Notes: generated by a model not told the origin, from the sequence alone. Positions 1-13,148 are shown, counted from the stretch's first letter. The stretch: DNA of 64,000 nucleotides from Octopus vulgaris (GCA_951406725.2 OX597834.1:34968001-35032000), one strand, 5' to 3'. Made by a program: numbers and translations.

Positions 1-23
1 GGGGGTCAAACACAGACACATAA

Positions 24-66
<43 letters not shown>

Positions 67-157
67 TACGACAGGCTTCTTTCAGTTTCCGTCTACCAAA
101 TCCACTCACAAGGCATTGGTCGGCCCGGGGCTATAGCAGAAGACACTTGCCCAAGAC
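1..157 (-). mobile_element. SINE family A, partial copy
   Basis: Reverse complement of the family A core (cttctttcagtttccgtctaccaaatccactcacaagg...gaagacacttgcccaag); compare the full copy at 63393-63800. Confidence 0.85.
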
Positions 158-295
158 TTAAATTTGAATATATATATATATATGTGTGTGTGTGTCTAAT
201 GTTTTTTTTTTCATGATGGCTGAGGTACAGAGAGGAATAGAGAGGCAATGAGAGTATGAGAGGGAGAGACAGAAATTAAGAGGCAGTGAGAATAT

Positions 296-348
<53 letters not shown>

Positions 349-450
349 GTTCTCCACTTAAGCTTACATTTGCAATGTGAGCTTACGTGAAGCAACAACA
401 ACTGTCGTAAACAAAGCTATTTCTAAACATAACCACATCGTATATTGCAG

Positions 451-600
451 GATGTGTGGATGGCAGAGTCGTTTAGAATAACACAGAAGAACAAAGAGAT
501 AGACTTGAAGAAGATCTCAAAAATATTCTCTCCTCAGATTCACAAACTAAGAATAGTTCTAACATGGATTCAGTCCACAGCATCACATCCTTGTCTTTAG
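451..600 (+). other. Possible coding exon of unknown gene (DVWMAESFRITQKNKEIDLKKISKIFSPQIHKLRIVLTWIQSTASHPCL*)
   Basis: Non-repetitive island, attgcag acceptor at 449-450, 49 open codons to TAG; weak pyrimidine tract, no recognised homology. Confidence 0.15.
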
Positions 601-669
601 ATGTAAATGTACAAATAAGGAACAACTCATATCTGATTATACATACACATACAGATACACACAGATAGA

Positions 670-980
670 TGGTGCGCTGGTACTCTATCAGTTATGATGA
701 TCAGGGTTCCAGTTGATCTGATCAACGGAACAGCCTGCTCATGGATTTGCTGTGCAAGTGGATGACCACTTCACAGACATGCATACCATTAACATAGTTC
801 TGAGGGATATTCAGCATGACACGGAATGCAACAAGGTTGGCCCTTTGAAATAGAGGTACAACTCTTCTTTGCCAACTGAGTGGACTGTAGTAACATGAAA
901 TAAAGTGTCTTGCTCAAGGACATAATGTGTGCCAGGTATCAAATTACAACCATGGACCAAACACACTAACCACTTAGCCA
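670..980 (-). mobile_element. tRNA-derived SINE family D (V-domain-like core)
   Basis: aaataaagtgtcttgctcaaggaca core and decayed tRNA-like head; related copies at 20790-20960, 31092-31432, 45220-45470. Confidence 0.7.
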
Positions 981-1212
981 CAGATAACAACCCACAAACA
1001 AATGCTTATACATACACAGCAACAGTTAATGTCCCCTAAGATACAAAATACCTGTTGTCAACCCACTTCTTTTGTTGAGCTTTTAAATTCTTGTCCATTA
1101 ACCCATTAAGTCCCAAAGTACTTAAATTTCTGAATATTACTTTAAAATTTTCACAGATGATAGAAAATAGGTTAAAATGAAAAAAATTATAATTAAAACT
1201 CCTTTACTTCAA

Positions 1213-1500
1213 TCATCATCATCATCATCATCGTTTAACATCCGTTTTCCATGCTAGCATGGGTTGGACGGTTCAACTGGGGTCTGGGAAGCCAGAAGGC
1301 TGCGCCAGGCCCAGTTTGATCTGGCAGTGTTTCTACAGCTGGATGCCCTTCCTAACGCCAACCACTCTGTGAGTGTAGTGGGTGCTTTTTACATGCCACC
1401 TGCACAGGTGCCAGACGAGGCTGGCAAATGGCCACAATCGGATGGTGCTTTTTATGTGCCACCGGCACGGGGCCAGACGAGGCTGGCAACGGCCACAATC
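1213..1500 (-). mobile_element. SINE family C with (CAT)n tail and internal gtgctttttacgtgccacc repeats
   Basis: catcatcgtttaacatccgttttccatgctagcatgggttggacg...ggatgcccttcctaacgccaaccac; near-identical to 41190-41590. Confidence 0.85.
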
Positions 1501-1848
1501 GAAATAGAAATACTTGTTATTTTATAATTAGGACACTGTGTGGTTACAAAGTGAGCTTCTTAACTACACAGCCATGCCTGTGAATATAAAAAAAAATTCA
1601 TCTGAAACACATCTTCACCTTCTGATTATTTCTCTTTTCAGTCTTCACATTCTGGTTATCTTTATTTCCAGATCTTATATTTCAATGGTTAAATTTCTCC
1701 ATGTGGAGATTGTGTATCATATTTGCACAAACATGTATCATACATCTGGACCAGAATACTGCTCAATTCACTTCAAACTTTCATTTGAATTCGGTTAGTT
1801 TTTATAAACGGAATTTTGGGAGCAGGGAGTACCTGATTATAATTATGA

Positions 1849-1882
<34 letters not shown>

Positions 1883-2984
1883 GGTGGTGACTGGGTAGTA
1901 GCAGTGATATCATTACAAGAGTGGTAGTGGTGATAATGAAAGTGATGATGATGCTGATGATGATGACAACCACTACTATCACCCCTACCACAACCACTGC
2001 TCTCACTACTCTCACCACTCTTTCAAACACCACTATCACCACCACCACTACCATCAGTCTCATAAAAACCACCAATTACCAAACTAGCTGTTAAGAGTAA
2101 CTAATTTTTCATTAAGTCATTCTAGAATCTGTCTCTCTTCTTTCTTTCTCTTAATTCTAAAATTTGTGTCTATTTTTAATTCGTAAAATGTATGTCTTTC
2201 TTCCTGGTTCTAAAATCTGGGTCTGTTTGTTCCTAATTCTAAAATGGGTTTTTCTTTTTTTTTTTTTCTTTTTCTTTTTTTTCTTCCCCTTCTTCCTTAT
2301 TCTCCAAAAATCTGTATCTATCTTCCTGAAGAAAATTGCTCCCAGTAATTTTCTGCTGAGTCTTTCATCTGATAACCTTTTAACAGTGAGCAATTAATCT
2401 TCACTAACTTTCTTTAAATGGTGATGGAGGGGGGGAAAAAAAAAAAAAAAAACGCTACAGAAAGAAAACAGTTGGATAATGTCATCATTTGTAAGTGGTT
2501 AATTAAATGGTCGTTAGTTAAAACTGAACTTTAATGAACTATAATCAAATAAAATAGCCTGGGAGAGAGAGCAAGAGATAAATATTTGTAAAAAAATATG
2601 AAGTGTAATTAAACGAAATATTAAATAAATTTTGTCAAAATAAATTTAAATTAAAAATGTCAAGAAAAAAATTAAATTATAGTTAATTCCTCATTTACTA
2701 AAATTAAGGAATAGTTTGAGAAGGTAGGCGTTTTACAACATCTATCTCCTCTCCACTTTTACAAGCTCCCCTACTTTCTTTCACTCGACCCCCTCCCCCC
2801 ATCTTTCTCCCTTCCCCATTCAACTCCAACCTCCTCTTCTCTTCTTCGTATCTTTGTTCCATGCTCTCTCTCTTATTTTCTTCTCTCTACCACTCCCTTC
2901 TTCTTCCTCTCCCTCCCTTTCTCTCTTCCTTCTCTCCTTTACATCAGCTGTATCTTGTCTCTTCCAAAACACAGGTCCATCAAA

Positions 2985-3020
2985 TAATGATAATAATAAT
3001 GATACACCAACCACTACTGA

Positions 3021-3052
<32 letters not shown>

Positions 3053-3167
3053 ATAATAATAATAATAATAATAATGATAATTATAATAATAATAACAATG
3101 TTGATACTACCACCACTAATAATAATAATAATAATGATAATAATGATAATAATAATAATACTAATAC

Positions 3168-3263
<96 letters not shown>
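2985..3263. repeat. (AAT)n/(ACT)n microsatellite
   Basis: Direct reading; explains the poly-N/I/L ORFs. Confidence 0.97.
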
Positions 3264-3265
<2 letters not shown>

Positions 3266-3559
3266 TTTGCACTTAATATTTCCCCCAATTGCAATTGATC
3301 CAGTTCTTGACCTGATATTTTGATAAAATTTCTGACCCAGATCAATTAAGTTACTCATTATTGTTTAAGTTCCTCACAGGTTATGAGTTCAAATCTTTCT
3401 CACGTTGACTTAAAGTACCCTGGGGATTCTAGTCGATTATTTTGATCCAGAGACATCAAGGGACAACAAAGTTTTGCGACTGAAGGTGCTAACAGGTGAG
3501 GTGCAATTGAAAATATTGATGTCTGTGGGAGGAAAACAATTATTATCATTAATATTATT

Positions 3560-3772
3560 ACGGTGAGAAGCTGGCAGAATCATTAGCACACTGCACAAAA
3601 TGCTTAGCGGCATTTCATCCATCTTTACATTCTGGGTTCAAATTCCACTTAGGTTGATTTTGCCTTTCATCTTTTCAGGGTCCATAAATTAAGTACCAGT
3701 GAAACACTGGGGTCAGTGTGATCGATTAGTCCCTTCCCCCAAAATTTCAGGCCTTGTGCTACAGTAAAAAGG

Positions 3773-3816
<44 letters not shown>

Positions 3817-4030
3817 GGTGGTGAGCTGGCAGAATTGTATGCATGCTGGGTGAAATGCTTGGTGGTATTTCACCTGTCTTCTTGTTCTGAGTTCAAATTC
3901 TGCTGAGATCAACTTTGCCTTTCATCCTTTCAGGATCAATAAAACAAGTACCAGCTAAGTACTGGGGTCGATGTAATCAACTATCCCCCTCCCCCCATTT
4001 TCAGGCCTTGTGCCTACAGTAGAAAGGATT
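3560..4030 (+). mobile_element. Two tandem copies of SINE family B (Nin/Deu-like core) separated by (ATT)n
   Basis: ggtgagctggcagaa...ttctgagttcaaattc...ctttgcctttcatccttt...aagtaccag...ctggggtcgatgtaatc occurs twice. Confidence 0.85.
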
Positions 4031-4242
4031 ATTATTATTATTATTTTTATTATCATTATTATTTGGTAAAGAGGCATAACTTGAAGCACCAGTTTATACT
4101 TGTATATCCTTGTTGTTAAGATGGGCATCCAGTTCTAGAAAGCATGTCAAAGCAGACATGGGAGCTTGGTGCAGTCCCCTGTTTTGCCAGCTCCTGCTGA
4201 ACTGTCCAACTCATGACAGCACGAAAAATGGACATTAAATGA

Positions 4243-4274
<32 letters not shown>

Positions 4275-4298
4275 ATGCACACAATATATAATCATCAT

Positions 4299-4758
4299 TT
4301 AATCCTTTTGTAACCGTACTTACTTTGAGATGCTCTGTGTTTCTGTCAATTCATTTTAAGTATATACAAAGAATTTAGTAAAATAACTTAGTTATCATTC
4401 AGCTAGTGTCAGGAACATAAATTGTGACTAAGGTTTGGTGGAAGATTTTAATTCAAAACTTATGAAAACAAGACATTCGTACTATGGAGTCAGAAGCGGT
4501 TTCATCCGGGATGATATCAAAAGGGTTAAGAATTGTTTCTCTATTATATATTTTAACCCTTTCATTACCGTATTTATTTTGAGATGCGCTGTGTTTCTTT
4601 CAATTAATTTTAAATATAACAAAGAATTTAGTAAAATAACTTAGTTATCATTAAGCTAGTGACAAGAACATAAATTTTAATTCAGAACTTTTGAGAACAA
4701 GACATTTGTTTTACAGAGCCAGAGCTGGTTTCAGCCGGGCTGGTATTGAAAGGTTTAA
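4299..4758 (+). mobile_element. Two tandem piggyBac-type MITEs
   Basis: TTAA-flanked units 4299-4529 and 4553-4758 with CCCTTT/AAAGGG-type termini; same family as 8660-8889. Confidence 0.8.
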
Positions 4759-4920
4759 TGACCACTTTCTCATGCTTGTATGAGTCTTGTACAAGTCAGA
4801 CGTAATTCACACAGATTTTCTGCAGCAGGATGCTCTTCCAGTTGTTGATCCCTACCCGTTTCCAGACAAGGTTAATATTTCCCCCTTTGCCAGACATGGT
4901 TTTGCAGAAGATTAGAAACA

Positions 4921-5252
4921 TTGGCAAGTGTCTTGTACAATAGCTCTGGGGCCAACCAAAGCCTTGTGAGTGAATGTGGTGAAAGGAAGCCGAAAGAAAC
5001 CCATTGTGTGTGTGTGTGTGTGTTTAGCACTGTTCCCACCTCACTTGACAACTGGCATTGGTTTGTTTATGTCCCTGTAGCCTAGCAAATGCAACAAAAG
5101 AGACCAATATAAAGTAAGTACCAGACTTGAAAAAAAAAAACCCTAAAAAACAAAACAAAAAGCAAGGACTGGGATTGATTTGCTCAACTAAAACCCTTCA
5201 AAGAAGTGCCCCAACCTGGCTGCAATTCAAAGACTGAAACAAAAATAAAAGT
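4921..5252 (+). mobile_element. SINE family A, 5'-truncated
   Basis: ggcaagtgtctt...aaagccttgtgagtg...gactgaaac tail. Confidence 0.75.
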
Positions 5253-6228
5253 GAAATATTCTATGAATTGTTTTCAAATTCTTTTTTTTTTTTAATCCAA
5301 ATATCAAAATAGAAAGAAAGAAGAAAAGGAATCCATCAATCTGTCCAAGCGTCCTTGTCTATTTGGATAAACTCTTTCAAGTACTTTTATGCGTTTAATT
5401 CTATAGAACACGTCACACAGAGGAGGAAATGAAATCTCTCGAATGGACAGGCTGGTTTTTGATTATTATTGAGAGGATAAATATTAAATTTAAAAAATTG
5501 AATTATAAAAGAAAAAAATACAGAAAATGATGAAGTGTTGTGTTTGTAATTATTTAATGATGGAAAGAGAGAAGAGTGTCGAAGACGTCCAGTAAGGCTT
5601 CTCTCCCTTGCAAAGAATACAGAATGGAAAATGAGGTTATATATTTGCTTCACAACCATGTGGTTTCAGGTTCAGTCTCACTGCATGGCACCTTGGGCAA
5701 GTTGTTATTTTATTATAGCTCCAGAATGATCAATGGTCATAGGAGAAGGCATGGCTGTGTGGCTAAGAAGTCTGTGGTGACACGGTTCCAGGTTCAGTCC
5801 CACAGTGCAGCACTTTTGAATATGTCTCTTCTATTATAGCCCTAGCCCAACCAATGCTTTGTGAGTGGATTTTGTGGACAGGGACTGTGTGGACACCCAT
5901 CATGTATGAATATGTGTATACGTACATATATGAGATCCAACCCTTCTCTCGCACTTTCACACTCAACAAGCAGAGATGTCCCCCACCCACCTCCTTGAGT
6001 TCTGCACACTTTCCAGCTTGTATGGTAACCATATTAGTACAAGTAGCACAAAGAAGAAGAAAAAAAATACCCAGGACACTCTGTAAAGTGATTGGCATTA
6101 GGAAGGTCATCCAGCCATAGAAACCATGACAAAACAGACACTGAATAACAATGCAACTCTTGGGTTCATCAGATCTTGTCAATTAACCAATCCATTGCAA
6201 TAAGGGACATATACCTTGAATGATGACA

Positions 6229-6273
<45 letters not shown>

Positions 6274-6801
6274 CTATATATATATATATATATAATGTGG
6301 ATATTTTTGTTTGTATGTAAGTATATGTGCAGATTTGTATCTTTTGTTTTATGCATATATTCTCATGCATATAATTGCATGTATGTATGTGTGTGTGTAT
6401 ATATATATATATATTTGTGTGTGTATGTGCATGTGTGTATATACACACACACACACACACACACAAGGTGGAGCTTTCTAAAAATGAAAAGCGAAGCAAA
6501 CAAAACCATTCGACTGCCGCTCTCTCCTCATAGCAGACAACCAGTTCATTTGATATGGAGTAGAAATCGAAACGATGACCTTTGCCCTTTTTAGCATCAT
6601 ACATCAGCGAGTAGCTTATTAAACCATCAATTAACAATTCCATGCAGAACGATGCTGATAACGAGATAGACTTGAGTTTATCCCAATAGAAAAACTATGA
6701 AGCCAGATCAATTCTCATCAATACAAATCCTATCGGTCACTGAATTAATCAATAAATATTTAATCTCTCCCCTCTTTAGCCCTGCTAACACATTTTGTTC
6801 T

Positions 6802-6842
<41 letters not shown>

Positions 6843-7589
6843 ATTGTCCATCAATTATGTTTGATTTTTTCTCAATCATATTATCACAACCACTGTAAGC
6901 ATTTAGTGATCTCTTTCTCTCTCTCTCTGACACACACACACAGCCACACACACACACTTACACACATGGTCACCCACCACCACATACATATGCATACTCT
7001 TTCAATATCCAATCAATTACTCTCATGTTCAATATCCAATCAATATGTCAAGAATTTTTGATGTGATTAGCAATTGTTACATTAGAAACAAAGATATTTT
7101 GAAATGGTTTTTGTTTTTGTTATTGTTGTTGGGGAATTAGCAGTGGTGGTGATGGTGGTGGTAGTGGTGGTGTTGGCAGTATTGGTGATGTTGGTAGAGG
7201 CAGTAGTATCAGTAGTGTTTATGGTGGTAGTAGCAGTGAGGTGATAAGAGGAATTGGCCATAATGGTAATAGAACTGGTTATGTTGGTGGTAGTGGTGGT
7301 TGTTGTGATGGTGGTGATGTTGGTGGATACAGTGGTTGTGATAATATGTTGGTGTTTGTGTCGGTGGTTATTGTGGAGGTTATGGCAGCAGTTGTGATGT
7401 TGGTTCTGGTGGAGGTTGTGGTGGTAGTGGTGATTATGGAAGATGATGACAGTGGTAGTGGTTGTAGTTATGATACAATGATAATAATGGTGTGGTGAGA
7501 GTGGTAGTTATAGAATTGGTTATAGAAATGGTAGTGGTGTTGGTGCGATGGTGACACTGCAGCTAAATGGATCCATGATTCAGATTTTG

Positions 7590-8500
7590 CATAAATTGCT
7601 CTTGACTTTGGCAGTGGCAGTTATCTGCTTCGTTAGCAAGATTGGTAAGATTATTCTGTTAATTGTTCACAGAATTAGTTTCTGGTCGGTGGGCTTATTA
7701 AGTGGACATGGACACTTATCTGCTAACTTGAATTGCCTGTTACTTGTAATGATAAATTTTCAGATTAATCATGCAACTGTAGCTAACCTTTACATTTTGC
7801 TGGTTGAATTGCCTGAAATATTTATATCCTGCAGGGGAATATTTCTGGATCACATAGGAAGCTCTTAGCAATATTAGATTTTACACTAAGGCTACGTGTA
7901 AGGTTGAACTAGATTATATTATGGTAACAGTTTTAACTTTATAAGCTGGGGATAATTCAGCAGGATGAGAGGAGGTGTAGCAGTAATTTTATCTCCAAAT
8001 TTGCTATTTTTCCATAACTTTCTTCTTGTGGTTTGCAGTGCAACCAAATGTTCCTTTGTCTGAGTAAATACTGAAGCTTCTTCTACCAATGCTGCTGAGA
8101 AGGTTCTTAAAAATGTGTAATGGGAGATGGTAGGGCTTTGGTTGTTGTGAGTTTTGCATTATATAATGCATGGTTTATATCTAAAAGTATTGAAATCTAA
8201 AGTCCTGTCAAGGAAGTCAACTGTCTGTATATTAGTAGTGATAGATTAAGTGTTCTACCAACCAGTCATGTTTGAAGGAAATTCAAACATAAGAACATGA
8301 AGTCTGAGTAACAGTATGCTTTATGCTAGAGCTATCACTCTATATTATTTGTGGGTGATGTGTGTTAAAAGTTTGTAACTTAAATTTGCCTTACTTAAAG
8401 TTTCACACATCCAAAAGTGTTTTTGCTCATTCAGATGCTGTTGATTTAAGTGGTGAGGCATCCACAAGTATTAAAGAAGGCTGTTGGATGATTTATGGAG
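7590..8500 (-). mobile_element. Decayed Penelope-like retroelement (RT and linker region)
   Basis: Minus-strand translation across stops and frameshifts gives YR(D)DS, TVDFLDRTLDFNTFRYKP, SIGRR, NII*FN..SLSVKSNIAKSFL, FNQQNVKVSYSCMINLK and CHC, collinear with PLE motifs YRDDG, VDFLDVT, RNIIWFNPPYS, FNRNTVKVSYSCMPN, CNC. Confidence 0.85.
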
Positions 8501-8659
8501 TTGGTGTCTATTGTCTGGTTTAACAGCAAACACCTAGCCCCTCATGTGCCTTTAGTGGGGGGGGGGGGGTTCGCTTTGCCACAAACAGTTGATCCAGGTT
8601 TCCAGGTCAAGGATAATTTTCTACCCCCACCCCACCCCATCACCTATCTCAGAGGCCTT

Positions 8660-8889
8660 TTAACCCTTTTGTTACCAACCCGGCTGAAACCAGCTCTGGC
8701 TCTGTAGTACAAATGTCTTGTTTTCATAAGTTTTGAATTAAAATCTTCCACCAAACCTTAGTCACAATTTATGTTCCTAACACTAGCTTCATGATAACTA
8801 AGTTATTTTACTAAATTCTTTGTTTATATTTAAAGTAATTGAAAGAAACACAGAGCATCTCAAAATAAATACAGTAACAAAGGGGTTAA
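8660..8889 (-). mobile_element. piggyBac-type MITE
   Basis: TTAA TSDs (8660-8663, 8886-8889); TIR CCCTTTTGTTAC / GTAACAAAGGGG. Confidence 0.88.
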
Positions 8890-8989
8890 AGGGTCATGGG
8901 CACTGCTTTTCCTTCCTGACTAAAAGACAGCAAAAGAAAAAAAAAATTAATAGCAGCACTTTTATTTATTTATTTATTTGTTTATTTCC

Positions 8990-9300
8990 TTCGTGTTTCT
9001 AAACATGTATAACAACATGGCTGAGATGTAGCGGATGAAGGTGGTGGTGGTAGTGATGATAGTGATGGTGATACAAACGGATCAACTGAAGCAGAAATGT
9101 AATCAACAGTTACAAGGTAAAATACATTCTTGGATGTGTTATTGATCATCGAAAAGAAGCCACAGAATAAGTTTTGTAGCAAAGTTGCCGAGAGGAGGTG
9201 GGAAAGAAGCATGAAGAGACATATATAGGTCTGTTGTCACTTTATAAGACATCAGAGGAGGTAGGGAAAGAAAGAGGGAGTGGTAAAAAAGGGTCAAGAA
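8990..9300. repeat. Local duplication block A, copy 1
   Basis: gaaatgtaatcaacagttacaaggtaaa.tacattcttggatgtgttattgatc...gttgtcactttataagacatca shared with 11870-12780 and 18850-19160. Confidence 0.92.
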
Positions 9301-9698
9301 TATTTCTCTATATGTGTGTGAGTGTATACATGTGTATATATATTCATGTGTACATGTGTATGCATGTTTGTGCACATGTGTGTGTGTGTATGGATGGATC
9401 AGGCAATGCATTGTGATCTTGAGCAAGAGACTTCATTTCACGTTGACCCAGTCCACTCAGTTGTAAATGAGCCCCAACAATAGTCGAGAAGTTAACCCTT
9501 ATTACACTTTTGAAAAATGCTAAACTGTTGTAGGACACTTTGACAATTTTTGATATCTTGGCATCTGAAGCAGTTGGAGATACAATAGTTTGACCAAAAG
9601 AATCAGCTATTGCAAGCAAAAATGAATATTGAGAAATATTGACCAAATTTGTGCGTATGACAATTTAACATAATAGCAACAATTTATATATATATATA

Positions 9699-9862
9699 TG
9701 ATGGGCTTCTTTCAGTTTCTGTCTACCAATTTGACTCACAAGGCTTTGGTTGGCCTGAGGCTATAGTACAAGATACTTGCCCAAGGTACTACACTGTGGG
9801 ACTGAACCCAGAATCACGTGGTTGGGAAGCCAACATCTTACCACACAGCCACACCTATGCCC
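9699..9862 (-). mobile_element. SINE family A, 5' half
   Basis: Reverse complement of the family A head and core. Confidence 0.8.
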
Positions 9863-9868
9863 ATATAC

Positions 9869-9902
<34 letters not shown>

Positions 9903-9907
<5 letters not shown>

Positions 9908-10183
9908 CGGGATCACCGTGACCGACCAGGCTATCAGATGTTGCTACACATTGCTGGTCACAATGCGCTTTGCATTGTTTTAGCCTTCAAATGATGCCAC
10001 CCTGCTGGCTAAGCGAGCAGGCCAACAGAAGAAAGAATGAGAGAAAGTTGTGGCGAAAGAGTACAGCAGGTATTGCTTTAGGTGTTTTCGCTCAATAAAC
10101 GCTAACAACGCCCAGCCTGGGAATCGAAACCGCGATCCTACGACCGCGAGTCCGCTACCCTAACCACTGGGCCATTGCGCCTC

Positions 10184-10187
<4 letters not shown>
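9903..10187 (-). mobile_element. Young tRNA-derived SINE
   Basis: Minus-strand head gtggaggcgcaatggcccagtggttaggg...ggtttcgattccc (A and B boxes), CpGs retained, inserted in (TA)n. Confidence 0.85.
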
Positions 10188-10214
<27 letters not shown>

Positions 10215-10221
10215 CATATTG

Positions 10222-10466
10222 TATTCAGATAATTCTAAGATGAATCACATTGTGGCTCATAAGCGTTCCTCCTCCTCCTGATTATTTATCATCTCCAAGA
10301 TACAGCCCAGTCAGCATTGCGCCACCATTCTTCAACTCTTTTACTGACGTCCATCTACAAATCAAGCATTTACTTCAGAGACCAAAATATATCACATCTT
10401 TTGGGTAGAGATTTCAAATTTTTCTCTTTCAGTTCTGGTCACATAATACATACACGCACGCACACA
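10222..10466. repeat. Local duplication block B, copy 1
   Basis: Differs from 16352-16596 at only about 8 sites by eye. Confidence 0.95.
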
Positions 10467-10540
10467 TACTCACATGTTAATGCACACCTACACACTCAGA
10501 TATTCATCCTCATGTACAAACAGATAGAGACTCCTCCCAA

Positions 10541-10571
<31 letters not shown>

Positions 10572-10904
10572 TACACAAATGCACATGCATACATATGTAC
10601 ATATAAACATACATACACACATATATATATACATATACATAAATACATATGCATACATACATATATTTACTTATAAAAGTACATATACATATATACACAC
10701 ATATTTACATATATATCTACATATACACACATATATACATGCATATAGCCAAGCACACACATGCACACACTAACAAGTATACAAACACACACGTCTACAT
10801 GCAGAAGATGTTTGTTTCATGAGATTAAAAACAGATATTTGAACAAACATGATAAATTGTTCTTCCCTTTTCTAAATAATTGTTGTCACATAAAAGACAG
10901 AAGG

Positions 10905-11790
10905 GATTAGGGTCAGGATTAGAGATGGGATGAGTATTAGAGCTAGGGTTAAAGTGAAGGTGTAAGTTAGAGTTAGGATTAATTTAAGAGTGAGGATAAG
11001 GGTTGGAGGGAGGGAGATGGCTAGAGGGAGGATGAGGGCTGAAGGGAGCAAGGTTGGAGGGAGGAGGAGGGCAAGTGCTGGGGGGAGGGCAATGGCTGGA
11101 GGGACAATGGCTTGGGAAGGGGAGGCAAGGGCTAGAAAGAGAGCAAAGGGCTCAAGGGAGAGCAAGGGTTAGAGGGAGAGTATGGGTTAGAGGGAGAGTG
11201 AGGGCTATAGGAAGAGAGAGGGCAAGGAATTGAAGGAAGATAAGAGCTTAAGGGAGGATGAGGGCAAGAGAGAGGGTGGGAGCTAGAGAGAGAAGGTGAG
11301 GGTTACAGGGAGGTCAAGGGTTGTAGGGAGGGCAAGGGCAAGTTAGAGGGTGAGGGCTCAATCAAGGGTTTGAGGGAGGGCAAGAGGAAGGAGAAAGAGG
11401 GCTTGAAGGAGGGAAAGGGCTAGAGGGAGGGCAACAGCTAGTGGGAGGGGGAAGGCTCAAGCAACAGCAAGGGTTCGAGGGAGGGCAAGAGGAAGGGCAA
11501 GGGCTAGAGAGATGGTGAGGGCTCAAGTGAGAGTGAAGGCTAGAGTGAGAGTGAAAAATAAAGCTGGTTGAGTGCTGGAGCCAGAATAAGAGTTGGGTGA
11601 GTTAGTCCAAGAGCTAGCATGTTAGAGTGATGCAAAGGATCACAACAAGAGTGAGGGTCAGAATTAGAGAGACTGTTAAGGTTATGTTGAGAGTTAGGGA
11701 CAGGCTTAGAATGAAGACTAGAGTAAAGGTTAGGACTACGGTGAAAGTGAGGGTAAAGATTATGGCTAGGATTAGAGACAGGGTTAACAA
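10905..11790 (+). repeat. Degenerate G-rich hexamer array (GAGGGY/AGGGTT)
   Basis: Strongly G-skewed, about 6-nt periodic; same cassette position as 17385-18040. Confidence 0.8.
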
Positions 11791-11869
11791 TGCAAAGAAA
11801 TATATTCTAAAAGGCTGTTAGGGAGATTTTATTATTGTATCTGCTGAAACATTGGTGGCAATAGTTTTA

Positions 11870-12780
11870 TATATTCATCTGGTTTCTACATGTTTCTAAA
11901 TATGTACAACATAACTGAGAAGTAGATGATGATGATGATGATGATGCTGGTGGTGATGATGGCGATGTTGGTGATGATGATGATATTGTTTGTTTGTTGT
12001 GGTTGCAGTGATGCTGGTGGTGGTGGTGATGGTGGTGATGATGAAGATAATGATGGTGGTGATGACAGTGGCGGCAGAGGTAGTGATGATGGTGGTGGTG
12101 CAGGTGATGGTGGTGGTAGTGACGATGATGATGATGATGATACTGGTGGTTGGTTGTGGTTACAGTGATGCTGGTGGTGGTGGTGATAATGATGGTGGTA
12201 GTGGTAGTGGTGGTGGTGGTAGTGATGATTACGACGACAATGACAACAATGGTGATGATGATGATAATGGTGAAAGTGATAGTGGTAGTGATGACGGTGG
12301 TGTGGGTGATGGTGGTGGTGGTAGTGATAATGATGAAGACAACGACGATGATGATAATACTGGTGGTTGGTTGTGGTTGCAGTAATGCTGGTGGTGATGA
12401 TGGTGATGATGATTGTGAGGGTGATAGTGGTAGTGGTGGTGATGACGGCGGCAGCGGTGATGATGATGATGATACTGGTGGTTGGTTGTGGTTGCAGTGA
12501 TGCTGGTGGTGGAGGCAGTGATGGTGGAGGTAGTGGTGCCAACATCCCAAGCAAAGCAGAAATGTAATCAACAGTTACAAGGTAAAGTACATTCTTGGAT
12601 GTGTTATTGATCTTTGAAAAGAAGCCATTGAATAAGTTTTGTAAGAAAGGTGCTGAGAAATTGATGAGAGGAGAAGGGAGAGGAGGGGGACATACAGAGA
12701 ACTGTTGTCACTTTCTAAGACATCACAGGGGGTAGGAGAGAGAAAATGGGGGGGGGGTTAAAGATAAAGACAGAGTCTAG
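11870..12780. repeat. Local duplication block A, copy 2, with about 600-bp GAT/GGT expansion
   Basis: Both flanks match block A; internal unit tactggtggttggttgtggttgcagtgatgctggtggt occurs about 4 times. Confidence 0.9.
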
Positions 12781-12784
12781 TATA

Positions 12785-13148
12785 TTCTTTTATTTGTTTC
12801 AGCCATTTGACTGCGGCCATGTTGGAGCACTGCCTTTAGTTAAGCAAATCGACTGCAGGACTTATTCTTTGTAAGCCTAGCACTTATTCTATCAGTCTCT
12901 TTTGCCAAACCACTAAGTTATGGAGATGTAAACACACCGAGCGATGGTGGAGGGTCAAACATTGACACACTCACACTCACATATACGATGGGCTTCGTTC
13001 AGCTTCCGTCTACCAAATCCACTCACAAGGATTTTGTCAGCCCAAGGCTATAGTAGCAGACAAGTGCCCAAGGTGCCACACAGTTGAACTGAACCCAGAA
13101 CCATGTGAGTGGGAAGCAAGCTTCTTACCACATAGTCGCTCCTGCACC
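12785..13148 (-). mobile_element. SINE family A, full length
   Basis: Collinear reverse complement of 63393-63800. Confidence 0.9.

Noticed and set aside
7960-8000. Plus-strand RGGVAVILSP as an APE endonuclease motif
   Set aside because: Lies antisense within the Penelope RT fossil; isolated chance match
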